From Octopus sinensis (taxonomy: Eukaryota): 64,000 bases of DNA. Where the stretch lies: the NCBI RefSeq assembly GCF_006345805.1, contig NC_043009.1, forward strand, positions 31,682,001 to 31,746,000. The letters are read 5' to 3'. Numbering within the stretch: the stretch's first letter is position 1; each line of letters starts with the position of its first letter. Below are positions 13,946 through 27,570 of the stretch, piece by piece. The notes under the pieces are model-generated. The model made no database searches. It was not told the origin of the DNA and worked only from the letters and a program-made list of their open reading frames with translations. The translations under genes and the position numbers were made by a program.

Positions 13946-14625
13946 TAAAATAAAATAGATAATAACAATAAAAAAAAGACCATCAACAAAGAACACTTTA
14001 AGAAACTTAAGTAAACATTATTAAAAGACAAAAAAGAGAAAAAAAATTAAAAGCAACGAAAAGATTTGCACTAATTAAAGTTTAGTGAAAAAAATCCAGC
14101 AAAGATCTTGGCATTCAAAGTCAAATATAATTGTTGTATTTTGTTTAGGTTCAAGGTAGGAAAATCTTTTATTTAGGTAGGAAGGTCTTTCATTTAGATT
14201 TAGGTGAAGGATAAAGGAGAATTCCTGACATTCTAAAATGGCATTAGAACTATAATTGAAGTGAGATGATTTTTAATTTCACAATCAAAACATTCTTTGA
14301 AGTCATTTGCATTATTGTTATTTAGTTCTTCAAATTCTGTAGTTGATTTTAGCCAATAGAGCTTAAGCCATGCTGAAGCTGCACCTCAAATGTTCAACAA
14401 AGTTAAACAAAATATGGATCTGTTATAGAGATTTTGCACTATTTATTTGGTGGAACTGATTGTCCTGAACCTTGGTTAAAATCTAGCATACAGTTAGTTT
14501 TTTAAAAACTTTTACCTATTAAACCAACCATACTTAACCAAAATGTTCTTTCTGTTTATATCCAAAGTGACCAGATCTGACCCCTCACACCTGCCCTACA
14601 ATTTCAGTCTAAAAATCAACAATCA

Positions 14626-14831
14626 ACAAGCTTACGGCCATATCATGTTGAAAGCACCGGTTCTTGTCCGATCACCGAAGTTAAGCAATGTCGAGCCTAG
14701 TTAGTACTTAGATGGGTGACCGCTTGGGAAACCTAGGTGCAGTAAGTGTAACATATCGTTTTGAATGGCAGTGCCCCAGCATGGCCACAGCTCATGAGCT
14801 GAAACTAAATGAAAATGAAAAAATGAAAATG
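14626..14831 (+). mobile_element. 5S rRNA / LINE-3'-tail chimeric retroelement (candidate SINE3-type)
   Basis: 5S, then a 16-nt linker, then 44 nt (14764-14807) matching the LINE 3' end (2688-2731, reverse complement) at 42/44, then an (AAATGA)n tail. AATCA is duplicated at 14621-14625 and 14832-14836, and the insert splits a MITE. Confidence 0.75.
14630..14747 (+). rRNA. 5S rRNA-derived sequence, full length (retroposed copy or SINE head)
   Basis: GCTTACGGCCATATCATGTTGAAAGCACCGG...CCGAAGTTAAGC...TTAGTACTTAGATGGGTGACCGCTTGGGAA...GTAAGT. Box A and box C are recognisable and the helix I ends pair (GCTTAC/GTAAGT). It is a single copy outside any array. Confidence 0.9.
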
Positions 14832-17800
14832 AATCACATCATTTAAATCCCAAAGCTATGAAATAATGCATGATTAATTTAAACCAATGTGAATAAATAA
14901 ACATTGGATTTGACAGAGTAATCTGAATGCCGAAAGACTAAGCTTATCTTAAACTTGGTTTACTCTCAGTTATTTTCAAATCAAGATTAAAATCTAGACT
15001 TCATTTCGTATCTTGAACCTACATTAAATATTATGCTACAGTTTATTATCTCGAAACTAAGTTTAAATTTGGATTACAACCAATTGAAAATCTAGTTAAT
15101 GGTCAGTTAACTTTCAACTGACATAAAAAGAAAGGTTTATTAGTTGCAATAAATGTAAATCTGAGCCTAAGTCTGGTAACGGTTATTTTTAGTAAATCTA
15201 AGTCAAATACTCAGAATCCAAGAAAAATGTGGAATATTCTAGATTGACCATAATTGTTTTCCTCTCTTATTTTTTATCTCCCAAAGTTGTTGCTATTGTT
15301 GTTTAAGCATAGGTCAGGTTGATTTAACAGATCTTTGAGGAAACACATTCCATCTACATCCATCTTGTCTTCTTATGTGCAGGAAATTAAGGAATGTGTT
15401 ATCCAATGTGTTTTAGTCTAAAATATTAGGTGTCCTTTGAGAGAGGTTTTGTTGCTATTTCTATCAGGTCAAATGACTGCATGATTTCACAGAGGTGCCC
15501 ACATTGCTTCATTTCGACAGAATGTGTGAACAAGTGTATTATTGGTGGCAGATTCTCAGAGATCCAGTCACAAGTTCACTGACCTGACCTTCAAGGAGAA
15601 AGAACGACTGGGGTTTATTTGTAACTCAGCACAGAATAAGTATCACAAAGGAATTCATTTGGAAATAAAATCCAAATTTGACCATTTGACTGCGAGAGAA
15701 GGATAATAATTCAAACTTTTTAATACATGCATCTTCTGGTTTTAGATGAGGTGACCTTAAGCTTAAATACCAAGTTGACTTTCTTAACATATTAGTAGCA
15801 GTGTGACTATTGGTGCCAGTATGCAGGTGTTGTATGTGGTTGTCTTGTGGTTGTTCTTTTGGCAGTAGCAGTAGAATTATTGGTGTTTTTTGGCACCAGA
15901 CTACTTGAACTTTACAATGCAAATTGCTTAACACATTCTTAACAGCATTAGTTGCTAAATCATGATTTTTCTATAAGTGGATGCCACTCTTAATGCCAAC
16001 CATTTAATAGAGCTTATATCTTATTTTAAGGACTCATGGCACCAGCAAATAGAATGGAAAAGGTGTGGTCCCAGACGATAGCAAGGGAGGTGCACTGGAA
16101 CAGACCATCATATATAATTATGTGTAATTAAGCCGTTATACAATTTGCACAAGTATTTTCCCTCAGTAATAATCTCCATGAAGGTACAATAGAGGTAGAG
16201 AACACAAGAAAGGTGACAAAAAGAAGAAATTTAAAGCAAGCTGAAGCATCTGAATGAAGGAGATGGCAAGAGTCTGAGAAATGTGTTAGAAGAGAGCTCA
16301 TCTGTTGGCATATGTAGGTGAGGGACTTTACACCTATTAATCTATTAGTTGAATAGAGAGGGTTGCAGAATAGATTTTTTAAAAATAAACCGAACTTCTT
16401 TTATTGAGGAGATATTTCTATACTCAGTCAGATTCTGAATCAACCAAAGAATTCTGCTAATACTGGTTAATTTTGTTTCTTACAGGTTCATTTCAAGGTG
16501 TTTATTTCAAGGTGTTTCTGGCACATTCAGGAAACAGTCATTTCTTTATTGTCCTTGTCCACAGCGAGCTAAACATAGAGGGGACGAACAAGGACAGATA
16601 AAGGGATTAAGTCGATTACATCAACCCTAGGGCATAACTGGTACTTATTTAATCGACTCCAAAAAAGATGAAAGGCAAAATTGAATTTGAACCCAGAACT
16701 TAATGGCAGACGAAATACTGCTAAACATTTCGCCCAGCATACTAACGATTCTGCCAGCTCACCACCCTACATTCATGAAATATTGTCAAAGCTAGCAGAA
16801 TCTCAAGTTCCCTTCTTTCTTTTTTTATTATTCTTACATAGACTTTCACAGATTTGTGAAAAGCAGATAATATATATGTTTTAAACATTAGCTAAACCAT
16901 TTTAACTGCATGAGTGGAATATTGTTTTCAAGTTTTGACACAAGACTAGCCATTTGAGTAGAGGTGGAGGGGGGTGTAAGGCAATTACATTGACCCCAGT
17001 GTTCAACTGGTACTTCTTTTATCAACCCCAAAAGAATGAAAGGCAAATTCGACCTTGGTGAAATTTGAACTCAAGAAATCATGAAATGCTACCAGGCAGT
17101 TTATTGCCTTATCGTGGAATATTAAAATATATGCTTTTTTTTAATATATTTTAATATTTATTCCACATCATTTGTGGTCCACCTTCATCTAAAACCTTAA
17201 GCAGCAGCTTACTGGGATTATCTATTAATCCAGGCTAAAAATCACATAAACTTTGTTTGCCAAATCAGGATGCCAAACTAAATATATGTCTATTATAGAA
17301 TATACAGTTTTGTATATAGAAGACGATGTTCTATCACCAACAAATATTTCTAAATTTATTCGATCACCAATGAGTTGTGACATTCTTTTACTTCTAATTA
17401 CACGGAGACGGCAATGTAAAAGGATTTAGAAATTAGGAATGGTAAACACAGCAATATGTCTTCACATTAGCTGGAATGGAAAGACAAATGTCTATGGGTG
17501 TAAAAACTAAATTGACGGAGCATGAAATGATTGCTAGATGTGATAGATATTGTTAAATCAAAACAAATAGATGACATGGCGCTGATGTGATTTTACAACT
17601 GTTTGCAACAGACGCAGAGAATCTTGTCTATCGTCTATATTGATTTGTCTGATAAATATTTCTTTAAGATAACTAAACTGAGAGAATTTTTACAGATTTT
17701 CCTCTTTTTCTGTGCCTACAAAATAAGTAAATGAAGAAAAAAAACAGTAAAAAGAAAATAAAATGTAAAATAAATAAAAATTGTTTTGTTTGTGAAGTAA

Positions 17801-18141
17801 ATGCAGTTGTTATAAAAAAACATGACTTTCTGTTTTAAAAACATTGTTTTGTCTTTTGATGATATTTTTTCCCTTAGTTTTATAAATGAGACTGCAGCAG
17901 ATTATGTATTCACTTTCCTCCCAAGTTAATGCATGTGTGTGTTTGTGATCTGCAAGTGTGTATGTGTGTGTGTGTGTGTACATCTCTGTGAAGTGTTATT
18001 TATTTGATAAATAGGTGAGCTGCCATCACTCCATCACTCATACATCAATCTACATGGCACACTATATGTATATTCAGATTTAATGAGACCTAAACACACA
18101 TTGACATAGATGCATGTATACACACACACACACACACACAG

Positions 18142-18186
<45 letters not shown>

Positions 18187-18284
18187 CACTCCCCACTTAA
18201 ACAAGCACATACACAAATATGCATATACGTACATAGAAACATATATATACTGGTGCACTGTTGTACCAGTATTCTATATTTTCA

Positions 18285-18326
<42 letters not shown>

Positions 18327-18419
18327 ATAAAAGATCAGGGGTAAGACCAAAACAATACGAAGTAAATGCAACGTAAATAAAAAAAAAAACAAATATGTGA
18401 ATTAATGTAGACAAGACCC

Positions 18420-18830
18420 GTTGAGGCAAGTGAGGATCAGAATGGAAATCGATCAATGGAAATTGCAGATGTGTTACCAGTGCCGGTGGCATGTAAGAGA
18501 ACCTTCCGTTTCGCGACCGTTGCCAGCACCGCCCCGTTTTGTGTCCGTTGCCAGCCTCGCCTGGCCCTTGTGCCGGTGGCACATAAAAAGCACCATCCAT
18601 TCGTGGCCGTTTGCCAGCTCTGTCTGGCACCTGTGCGGGTGGCACGTAAAAAAGCACCCACTACACTCACGGAGTGGTTGGCGTTAGGAAGGGCATCCAG
18701 CCGTAGAAACACTGCCAGATTTGACTGGGCCTGATGAAGCCTTCTGGCTTCACAGACACCAGTAGAACCGTCCAACCCATGCTAGCATGGAAAACGGACG
18801 CTAAACGACGATGATGATGATGATGATACC
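18420..18830 (+). mobile_element. SINE-like family D with internal tandem repeats and (GAT)n tail
   Basis: GGCGTTAGGAAGGGCATCCAGCCGTAGAAA ... CCAACCCATGCTAGCATGGAAAACGGACGCTAAAC-(GAT)n. Copies lie at about 20130-20200(-), 35455-35690(+), 47350-47500(-) and 47695-48130(-). Confidence 0.8.
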
Positions 18831-19056
18831 TTGTATTCAATATTTTGGGGTTATGACCCCATTTTCAAGAAATTGATAATGTCAATTTCTTCAAAGTGGG
18901 GTCAAAATATTGAATATAAGGTATGTCTACATTAATTCACATATTTGTTTTCTTGTGATTTACCTTGCATTTACTTCGCATTGTTTTGGCCTTACCCACG
19001 ATCTTTTATATAATATATTCTAAACAATGCTTCACAGTAATTATTCCATAATTATT

Positions 19057-19094
<38 letters not shown>

Positions 19095-19162
19095 TATATA
19101 TATTAATAAGGAGTAAATCTTTTTTCTAGCAGGTTGGCACCTTTGTGCACCCTTATGATATA

Positions 19163-19212
<50 letters not shown>

Positions 19213-21119
19213 TATACATATATATACTCCATATAAATATACATGTATATATACCTAAATATACATACATATATATTGATAAATATATATATATTCACAT
19301 AAACATATGCTTACAAAAATATATACATGCACATGCAAACACACACAAACACAAATACATAACTAACCCTAAAAGAACTTCCTAACTTAAAGATATAAAT
19401 TTGACAATAATAGTGGCATGTGCATGTGTGTGGATGGGTATTTTTGTGTGGTTCTTCTGGGCCTTTCTTTTAAGCATGTGTGCATGTTCGATTGACACTA
19501 TTATTTTAAAGCACTTAAGAATAAGAACTGAGTATTTACTGATGCTGAGAGTCTGTAATGGAGATGAGTTTAATTCATTGAGAAGAGCAAGGTGATTGGA
19601 AGTTCACCTTGATATTCACAACACACACACACAGACTTGTAATACATACTTACACACACACATACACACACACATAGGTATATGTTTGTGTGTCTGTGTT
19701 TGTCCCCACCATCACTTGAAAACCAATGTTGGTGCGTTTACGTCTCCATAACTTAGCGGTTCGGCAAAAAGAGGACGGGTAGAAATGTACTAGGCTTGCA
19801 AAGAATAAGTCCTGGGGTCAATTCTCTTGACTAAAATGGTGGTCCAGCATGGCTACAGCCAAATGTCTGAAACAAGTAAAAGAATAAAAGAATATAAATA
19901 CATATGTATATTTGTTTATATATATTTATATATATTTATATATACATGTGTGTGTGTGTACATATAAACATACATATATACATAAATACACACACACATA
20001 CGTGTATATATATTCTTTTGAAGCCAGTGTAACTTAAAAGAGAGAAGTATAAGTGATCGCATGCATGTTAGTATATACACGGAATTAAATATATGTATTT
20101 GTATGTACACATTACAATTATAATTGTAATATCATCATCATCATCATCGTTTAGCGTCCGTTTTCCATGCTAGCATGGGTTGGACGGTGCATGGGTTGGA
20201 TGGAAATATATTAATATTTATAAAGATTGGAATATATATTTACGTATACAAAGTTTAAATGTATGTATATTTTCATATGTACTTTGATATTTTGATAGAT
20301 TTCAGCTAGTATTGACCCAGGCCATGTCTAACTTAATAGCATCACCTGGCAAAGTAGTTCAAATCAGGAATCAGACAACATGGCCCACTCAAGAAGAGAG
20401 TTATTGTTTCTGGAGACATATCTGGGTGTAGGAGGTTTATCAGGGATTTTTTGAAAGAATTTATCCAAAGACCTCTTGAACTTTATGGGGTCTGTCTCTG
20501 CTTTAATGTGTTTGGTGTAATGTTAAAAAGAGTGGGGCCTATTTAGGTGAAATAATTGTGCCGTATTGTTGTTATGTGATGCAAGTATGATTTATGTTGT
20601 TGGCGGATAGCACAGGTTTTAAGTCTTGGGTGTATCTTAAAGGCAATGCCAGCATCACTTGGGTAATGCTGATGGAATATTTTCCACATCATACAACTGA
20701 TACCACTTGAAATCTATATTTGTGTCTACAAAATTTCAATGGATCTATATTTGTATATACACAGATTGAAATATATGTTTGTATGAATAAAGTTTAAATG
20801 CATGTGTTTGTATATACACATAATGAAATGTACATTTGTATATACAACACTTAAATCCCAAAGAATGTACAGAAATTATTGCTGGATGCTATGCAGGCAT
20901 CTTTACAGTCGAAGATCAAACTGTTCCATCTCCATCACCTCTGATGCTGGACTCTATAACTACTATGAAATTTACACCAGCAATGCTGCAATGCCACCTT
21001 AAGAATAAATGAAATTATGCCTCTCCTGGTCTCGATGGTGTTACATACCTACTTCTCAAACACGGTGGGTACTTTCTTCTGAACCAACTTTCACTATTCT
21101 TTCAATTCTGTCTTGACAA

Positions 21120-21570
21120 TGGTGTTACTTCCCTGGGCATGGATACATTGAAACTCCGACGTCTGGCAACTGACTTGGCAGACACCCATAAAGTTATTAA
21201 CCATCTTACTAACAATAACTCTGAGCACCTTTTCAAATTCCACCTGTTTAACACCCATAGACATGTTTACAAAGTCAAAAAACAGTACAGCTCCCATGAC
21301 TTTCGGAAACGTTTTTTCACGCTAAGGGTTGCTGAAGTATGGAACAAACTGCTGGCATCAGTTGTTAGTTGTCAGAGCACTGCATCCTTCAAAACTTCCA
21401 TGCTTCCTGAGATTCGCCAACACTACACCTGATTTTCTCCCCTCCATATACATACAGCCATGTATCTGACTCATACACTGTTCACTTCCCAGACATTTGT
21501 ACATTACTGCATATGCTTTACACACACTTTTGACAAGTTGTGGTGCACCTGAGCAATGTACACAATAATT
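21120..21570 (+). mobile_element. 3' fragment of a second CR1-like LINE
   Basis: Translation LGMDTLKLRRLATDL...FFTLRVAEVWNKL...SFK fits the CR1-group C-terminus (LxxRR...FFxxRVxxxWNxLP). Confidence 0.7.
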
Positions 21571-22411
21571 TCATTATAACATTACTATTATAAATGTACG
21601 TATATTTATATGATGAAGTATAACTGTATGCATGCTTGTGTATATACAAATCGAAACATATATATTTATATATACAACTTTTAAATGTATATACATGAAT
21701 TAGTAGCTGTATCCGTGTTTCAGCTATGTTCAACAAAACAACGGAAATAATGAAAATAATGAGTTAAAAAAATGAAAACAAAACATAAAATTAAAATATT
21801 TATGATTCCAAAATGCATTTATTTTCTCATTTATTGTTCTTTGAAGTGAATTCTTCTTCTTCTTTTACAGTTGTCAGTGTTCATCTTTCAACAACGTTGT
21901 ACTTTTAAGTCCTATTTCTCTATGCTTATCTCTGGTAATACTCTTCAGCTTTTGTTCTCTTTGTCTTCGGTTTTATTGCATTGTTTTAATTCCATTCTTA
22001 GTTTTTTCTATTTGCGAATTCACTTCTTATATTTTCTGCTCCCATTTTTCTTTTAGATTTATTTATCAGGATCTTGGTTCTTCACTTAATTCTCATCTTA
22101 TTTTCGTGTTTAGGTATATTTTTGTCTCTTCATCTTTTGTGATATATTCAGTTCCTGATTATTGCTTCTTCTTGTTATTTTCCATCTTTGGACACAGACT
22201 CGATTCTTAGTGCTTCTGCTTTTATTCTTTGTTGTTCATTTTCTAGCAATGGCATCATTATAATAGCATGAAGTCCTGTTAAAGATGTCTCTGTCCAAGA
22301 ATATATTGGAGACACTCCTCAATATATTGGCTGCTATGTGATCACTAATTATGGCCTCAAGGTAATTGGAATTTACATATTTATATATGTGTGTATATGT
22401 GAGTATATATG

Positions 22412-22479
<68 letters not shown>

Positions 22480-23464
22480 CATACACATACATAAATATTT
22501 GTACAGACATATATATACGCACACACTACAGTCTCACACACAATACACAGTTATACACATTCACACACACATACATATTTGTTATGAGTGACAGAAGCAG
22601 TATTAGTCCAAAGTAGCAATCTATATATAATACTTAAAGCAGTACATCGTTGAAAGCTTGCTGAACTGTGCAAACACATTACAAGTTAACATCTCTTATA
22701 GATGTATAATGCTACAAAACACATGCACATAATGCAGTTGCTGTCAGCGTGGTGTGATGCAAGATACATATTAGAAAATTCTGGAAATATTGTTTGCAGA
22801 GTTATTGTATAACAAAAGGGGAAGCTGCGAATTATTTCTAATTTTCTGCCTGAAGAATCTCTAAAAGGAAATTCCTTACATGTCCATCTAACATGTAATT
22901 TTTTGTAATTCCTATTTGCAAATGAAACATGTGTAATGGAAAATAAATAATGACAAAAATTCTCCAACTTCTTGTTTTATGTATCTATATTGATGTATTT
23001 ATGTGTGTGTGTGTCCGTGTGTATGTGTGTGTGTGTGAGAGAGAGAGAGGAAAAAGAGAAGAGAGGCAGGGAGAGAGAAAATGAGATGAAGACAGTTGAC
23101 GGAAAGTGTAGTCATTTGAAATTTTATAGCAGTAGTAATTGCTTGCATTTAAATCCAGTTCTATAACAAGGAACCTAGTTATTGCAAGGTTCAGGTCTTA
23201 ACCAAATTCATAAATATGTCTACTAAATATTTTCATCTTGAATTTACTAGTCTTTATTTGTTAAGAATCCTGAGAAATTGTAATTGATTCTGTTTCTAAG
23301 AATGGTGAAAACAAATCGCTCTACATGATTTTACATCTCTGTAGCATCTGAGATCTCCAAAGAATTACCAGACAAAGAGACACCTGCTTTCTTAACCCAG
23401 TATGAATGGTAATAGTGTAACAGTGACTTCGTAAAGGTTAATTACTTTCCTAATAACAAGTTGA

Positions 23465-23790
23465 AGGCAAATGGCTCAGTGGTTATAGTGTCAGGCTCAC
23501 AATCATGAGGTAATGAGTTCAATTCCCAGACTGGGCTGTGTATTGTGCTCTTGAGCAAGACACTTTATTTCATGTTCACTCAGCTGTAGAAATGAGTTGT
23601 GACGTCACAGGTTCCAAGCAGTATCGGCCTTTGCCTTTCCTTTGGATAACATCAGTGGTGTGGAGAGGGGAGGTTGGTATGCATGGGTGACTGCTGGTCT
23701 TCCATAAACAACCTTGTCTGGACTTGTGACTTGGAGGGTAACTTCCTAGGTGCAATACCGTGGTCATTCATGACTGAAGGAGCTCTTTAC
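23465..23790 (+). mobile_element. tRNA-derived SINE family C
   Basis: Head TGGCTCAGTGGTT...GAGTTCAATTCCC and body CTTGAGCAAGACAC...CAGCTGTAGAAATGAGTTG. Homologs at 52708-53025(+) and 56746-57052(-), with related heads at about 24657 and 44413. Confidence 0.8.
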
Positions 23791-26344
23791 CAATCACAAA
23801 TTGTAATAATTTATCTGCCAAGATCCAGGGATTTTAGGCTATAGAATTCAGATACAGATGTATAAAAGTGGGTTGAGTGAATTTATCATGGATCCAATAT
23901 TACAGCTTCATTGATTTACCCTCATGTTGCTTTTAGTTTAGGGGTTGCAAGTTCCAGAAAGATGAATTCTTCAAGCCAGACCAACCAGCAGCAGATCTAC
24001 GAAAACAAGATCATGAATGTTGGATAACATAGTAAGAGTCTCACTGAGCCACACTTGGGAATTCAACCAGAAATTGTAATAAAGGTTGTTTCAGATAGGA
24101 CCCTATGGATGAAGTGCCTAAGGACTCTACACCCATGACCTTCCCATGAATAGTGGGTGGATATGTTGACTGGCTGGCTGGCTGGCTGGATGCGTAGATG
24201 GATGCATGGATGCATGGAATGAAGTAACAAAAATGTGTTGACAATTTCCGAATTCACTTTAAAATGATTAATTAAACTAAAACTAGAATTGCAGGAAGAA
24301 AATTAGTCTTGTGGTTATTAAGAGTAATGTAAGGAGACCAGATAAGAAGCTGAGTGGTGTGGGCTTCCATTTTTCATAAAGCAAGGAATTCCTTTCCTGT
24401 GATGTGTTTAATACTCTGTAGTGTGTATAACACTATATGGTATGTATGATACTACATGGGACAGGGCTTTTTCTTTCGTAATAATGTTATTGTTTGCATC
24501 ATGTTTAGTGTGTTTGATGATGGTAGTGTTGGACATTCTTACATGAAATTATATTGAAAATATGTTGTGTCTGTATATATAAGTGTGTGTATGTATACAC
24601 ATAAATATATATACACATGCATATATATTGATATATGTATGTGTATATGTATATATGAAGGCAAGTGGCTTAGTGATTAGGGTGTTACACTCACAATCCA
24701 ACAATTATGATTTCAATTCCTAGACCAGGTGATGTGTTGTGTTCTTGAGCAAAACGCCTTCCTCTCATGCTCCTCTACAATCGTTTCAACACCTGACATA
24801 AGATATACCAGACACCTGTTCAGACAACGTCGATTGGATGGAGAGATTGAGCTAATGTGTAGCACAAGCATTTGATCGCAATAAACAAATCATTTGTGCC
24901 GGTCGTTCAGCAAAAGCTGCTTTCTCATATATTGTCTTCAATAGAAGTGTCCATCATATGTATATATGCTTAAATATATCAATTAATAATGAAGGATACT
25001 ACTTGTAGCACCAGTGTGCTAAAGATAGCAGTCAAAACGACTCAAAATCACAATTTTCATATGTACACAAGCTTGAACAAGGGCGATTTTGCTGTGGTTT
25101 TGAGTGGTTTTGACTGCTATCTTTAGCATGCTGGTACCACAAGGAGTACCCTTCATTATTAATTGATAATTTTGCCTTTATGGTCCTTTCATGCATGTTA
25201 GCCACTGATATTGTAAATTATTAACAATAATACTCTTATACATAATATATATATATATGTATATATATCTTTTACTCATTTCAGTCATTAGACTGCAGCC
25301 ATGCTGGGGCACATCCATGTATCTGTCTGTCTGTCGTCTGTCATGCAGTCTCTGTTTGTTTGTGTGTGCATTTGTGCATATGTGTGTCTGTGTGTCAGTG
25401 AATCTATAAATAAGTATGAATATGCATGTATACAATGTTATGGGGAGAAAGTGAATAAAAAATAGTTTGAAGCGTAAATAATGAATATATCAAAATAATA
25501 GTAGACATTACCATGTTTCCATAAACTGTCTGACTTAGCAACAAAAACTAAAGCCACAAGCTTCACCAGCCAGGATCCAGAATTAAATTAAGGTTGACCT
25601 GGTTTCCTTCAAATTAGATTTGCTCGCAATAACAATATCCAAAGATGTCAATATTTTGTGAAACTTTAACAGAATTCAGTTCTTCCAGTTTTCTGCCATA
25701 CTACACTGTAAAGGAAATCAACAAGAACAGCCATGGCTATATTTGAAGTTCTCAATATTAGGTATATGTCCAACCACAAGGCTCAGGTCTTGCTGCCTTG
25801 TGGTGGATTGAGAGCTTTAGTGAACCAGAGGAGTGAGAGCTCTTGGTAGGGTCTCCCCATGCTTGGAGAGATCAAAGGACAGAGGTTAGACTAATACTCT
25901 TTCTAGAGGGAAAAATAGGATGACATTGGCTCAGTGCACCTAAGAAGAAAAAAAGCAAAGTTGCAGAAATTTTGGTTTCAATTTTTGGCTCAAGGCCAGC
26001 AGTTTTGGGGGACAAGGGTTAAGTTGCTTAAATTGATCCCAGTGCTCAAATGGTACTTATTTTATCGACTCTGAAAGGATGAAATGCAAAGTCAACATCA
26101 ACAGAATTTGAATTTAGAACCTTAAAGATGGACGAAATGCCAATAAGCTTTTTGCCGGACTGGCTAATGAGTCTGCTCGCTTGCAACCTTTCAAGGTTGC
26201 AGAAATATTGATGGCAATCCAAAAGCAATAAATCTTGGAAAGGAAAAGATATCTCAGATTTGGAAACATTGAAGAAAATTCATCGATGGCCTATGATGGA
26301 TTGGGAGCAAAGGACTTAAGTAAGTAAAACATTAATGAATGTAC

Positions 26345-26700
26345 ATTATTTACATTATTTACATTCGACGGATATTTGTCCTCATCTTGTTTGTTAATAC
26401 AACGTTTCGACTGATATACCCTCCAGCCTTCATCAGGTGTTTTGGGGAAATTTCGAGTATAGAACTGTATTAATGAATGTGTTTGGAGGTAAATATGTAA
26501 TTCAGTTTAGACCATGGTTTCTTATAGAGATCTCCGAGTTCTTCTGTGGATGACAAACATAATCAGAAGAAATCCATTTCTAACAACTAAAGGAATTGGT
26601 CAGATTAGATCTCTTCAAGTCTGGTTTCATGGACAAGGTGACACTGAAACGTGACTGGTGATACTTCATGGTGGCATCGGATTTGGACAATGGCCTCAGA
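26345..26700 (-). mobile_element. Probable Penelope-like terminal fragment carrying a hammerhead motif
   Basis: Hammerhead core on the minus strand at 26397-26440, preceded by decayed coding-like sequence. Confidence 0.5.
26397..26440 (-). ncRNA. Minimal hammerhead ribozyme motif (Penelope type), one stem I mismatch
   Basis: Minus strand reads ACAC-CTGATGA-A-GGCTG[GAGGGTATAT]CAGTC-GAA-ACGT-T-GTAT. Confidence 0.6.
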
Positions 26701-26959
26701 CACAGAAATTGCTAAAAGAGTGATGGTGGTGGTGGTGGCGGTGGTGGCGGTGCATTATATCTTTTGTCATTTCTAGTTAACAAGTAAAGAAGAGAATATC
26801 CATCAGCTCACAGACATCATCATCGTCATTGTCATTGCTGTGATCGCCATTATGCCTACTACCACCATACCCCCAATCATCATCACCATCATACTCATTA
26901 CTGTCGTCACCACCATCGTCAGCTCCTGTGCTCACACACACACACACACACTCAAGCAA

Positions 26960-26990
26960 ATATATACATGTAGAGAAAAAAGAGATAATG

Positions 26991-27028
<38 letters not shown>

Positions 27029-27146
27029 GTAGATAGATATATATAGAGAGAGATAAATGAATGGAGAAATAGAGAAATCGAAGAATGAGAGAGCAAAATG
27101 GAGAGAGGGGGAGAAAGAGACAGATAGATAAATAGATAGTTATATA

Positions 27147-27192
<46 letters not shown>

Positions 27193-27204
27193 AGAGAGAG
27201 AGAG

Positions 27205-27260
<56 letters not shown>

Positions 27261-27363
27261 ATAAATGGATGGAGAAAAAAAGAAATCGAAAGATGAGAGA
27301 GCAAAATGGAGAGAGGGAGAGAGAGAGCAGGGGAAAGAGAGACAGATAGATAAATAGATAGGC

Positions 27364-27430
<67 letters not shown>

Positions 27431-27570
27431 AAAAATATAGACCGACAGACAGATAGAGAGAGAGAGAGAAAGTATGAGAGAGAGAATGAGAGAGAATGCA
27501 TAGAGACAGAAATAGATAGAGAGATTAGGAAAGATAAAATGACAGGAAAAGAAAGAGAGAGAGAGAGAGA
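26960..27570. repeat. Compound (GATA)n/(GA)n/(TA)n microsatellite field
   Basis: Directly visible. It is one of many such tracts: (TA)n, (CA)n, (GAT)n, (TTA)n and (ATGT)n occur throughout the window. Confidence 0.95.

Noticed and set aside
14630-14747. A functional 5S rRNA gene
   Set aside because: It is a solitary copy with substitutions, no oligo-T terminator directly at its 3' end, fused to a LINE tail and inserted in a MITE.
15626-15934. Coding-like segment (TM-like on plus, Thr-rich on minus)
   Set aside because: GT-rich low complexity explains both readings, and the strand cannot be decided.
21870-22370. Purine-rich minus-strand tract resembling a decayed LINE linker
   Set aside because: No diagnostic motif was recovered, so it cannot be assigned.
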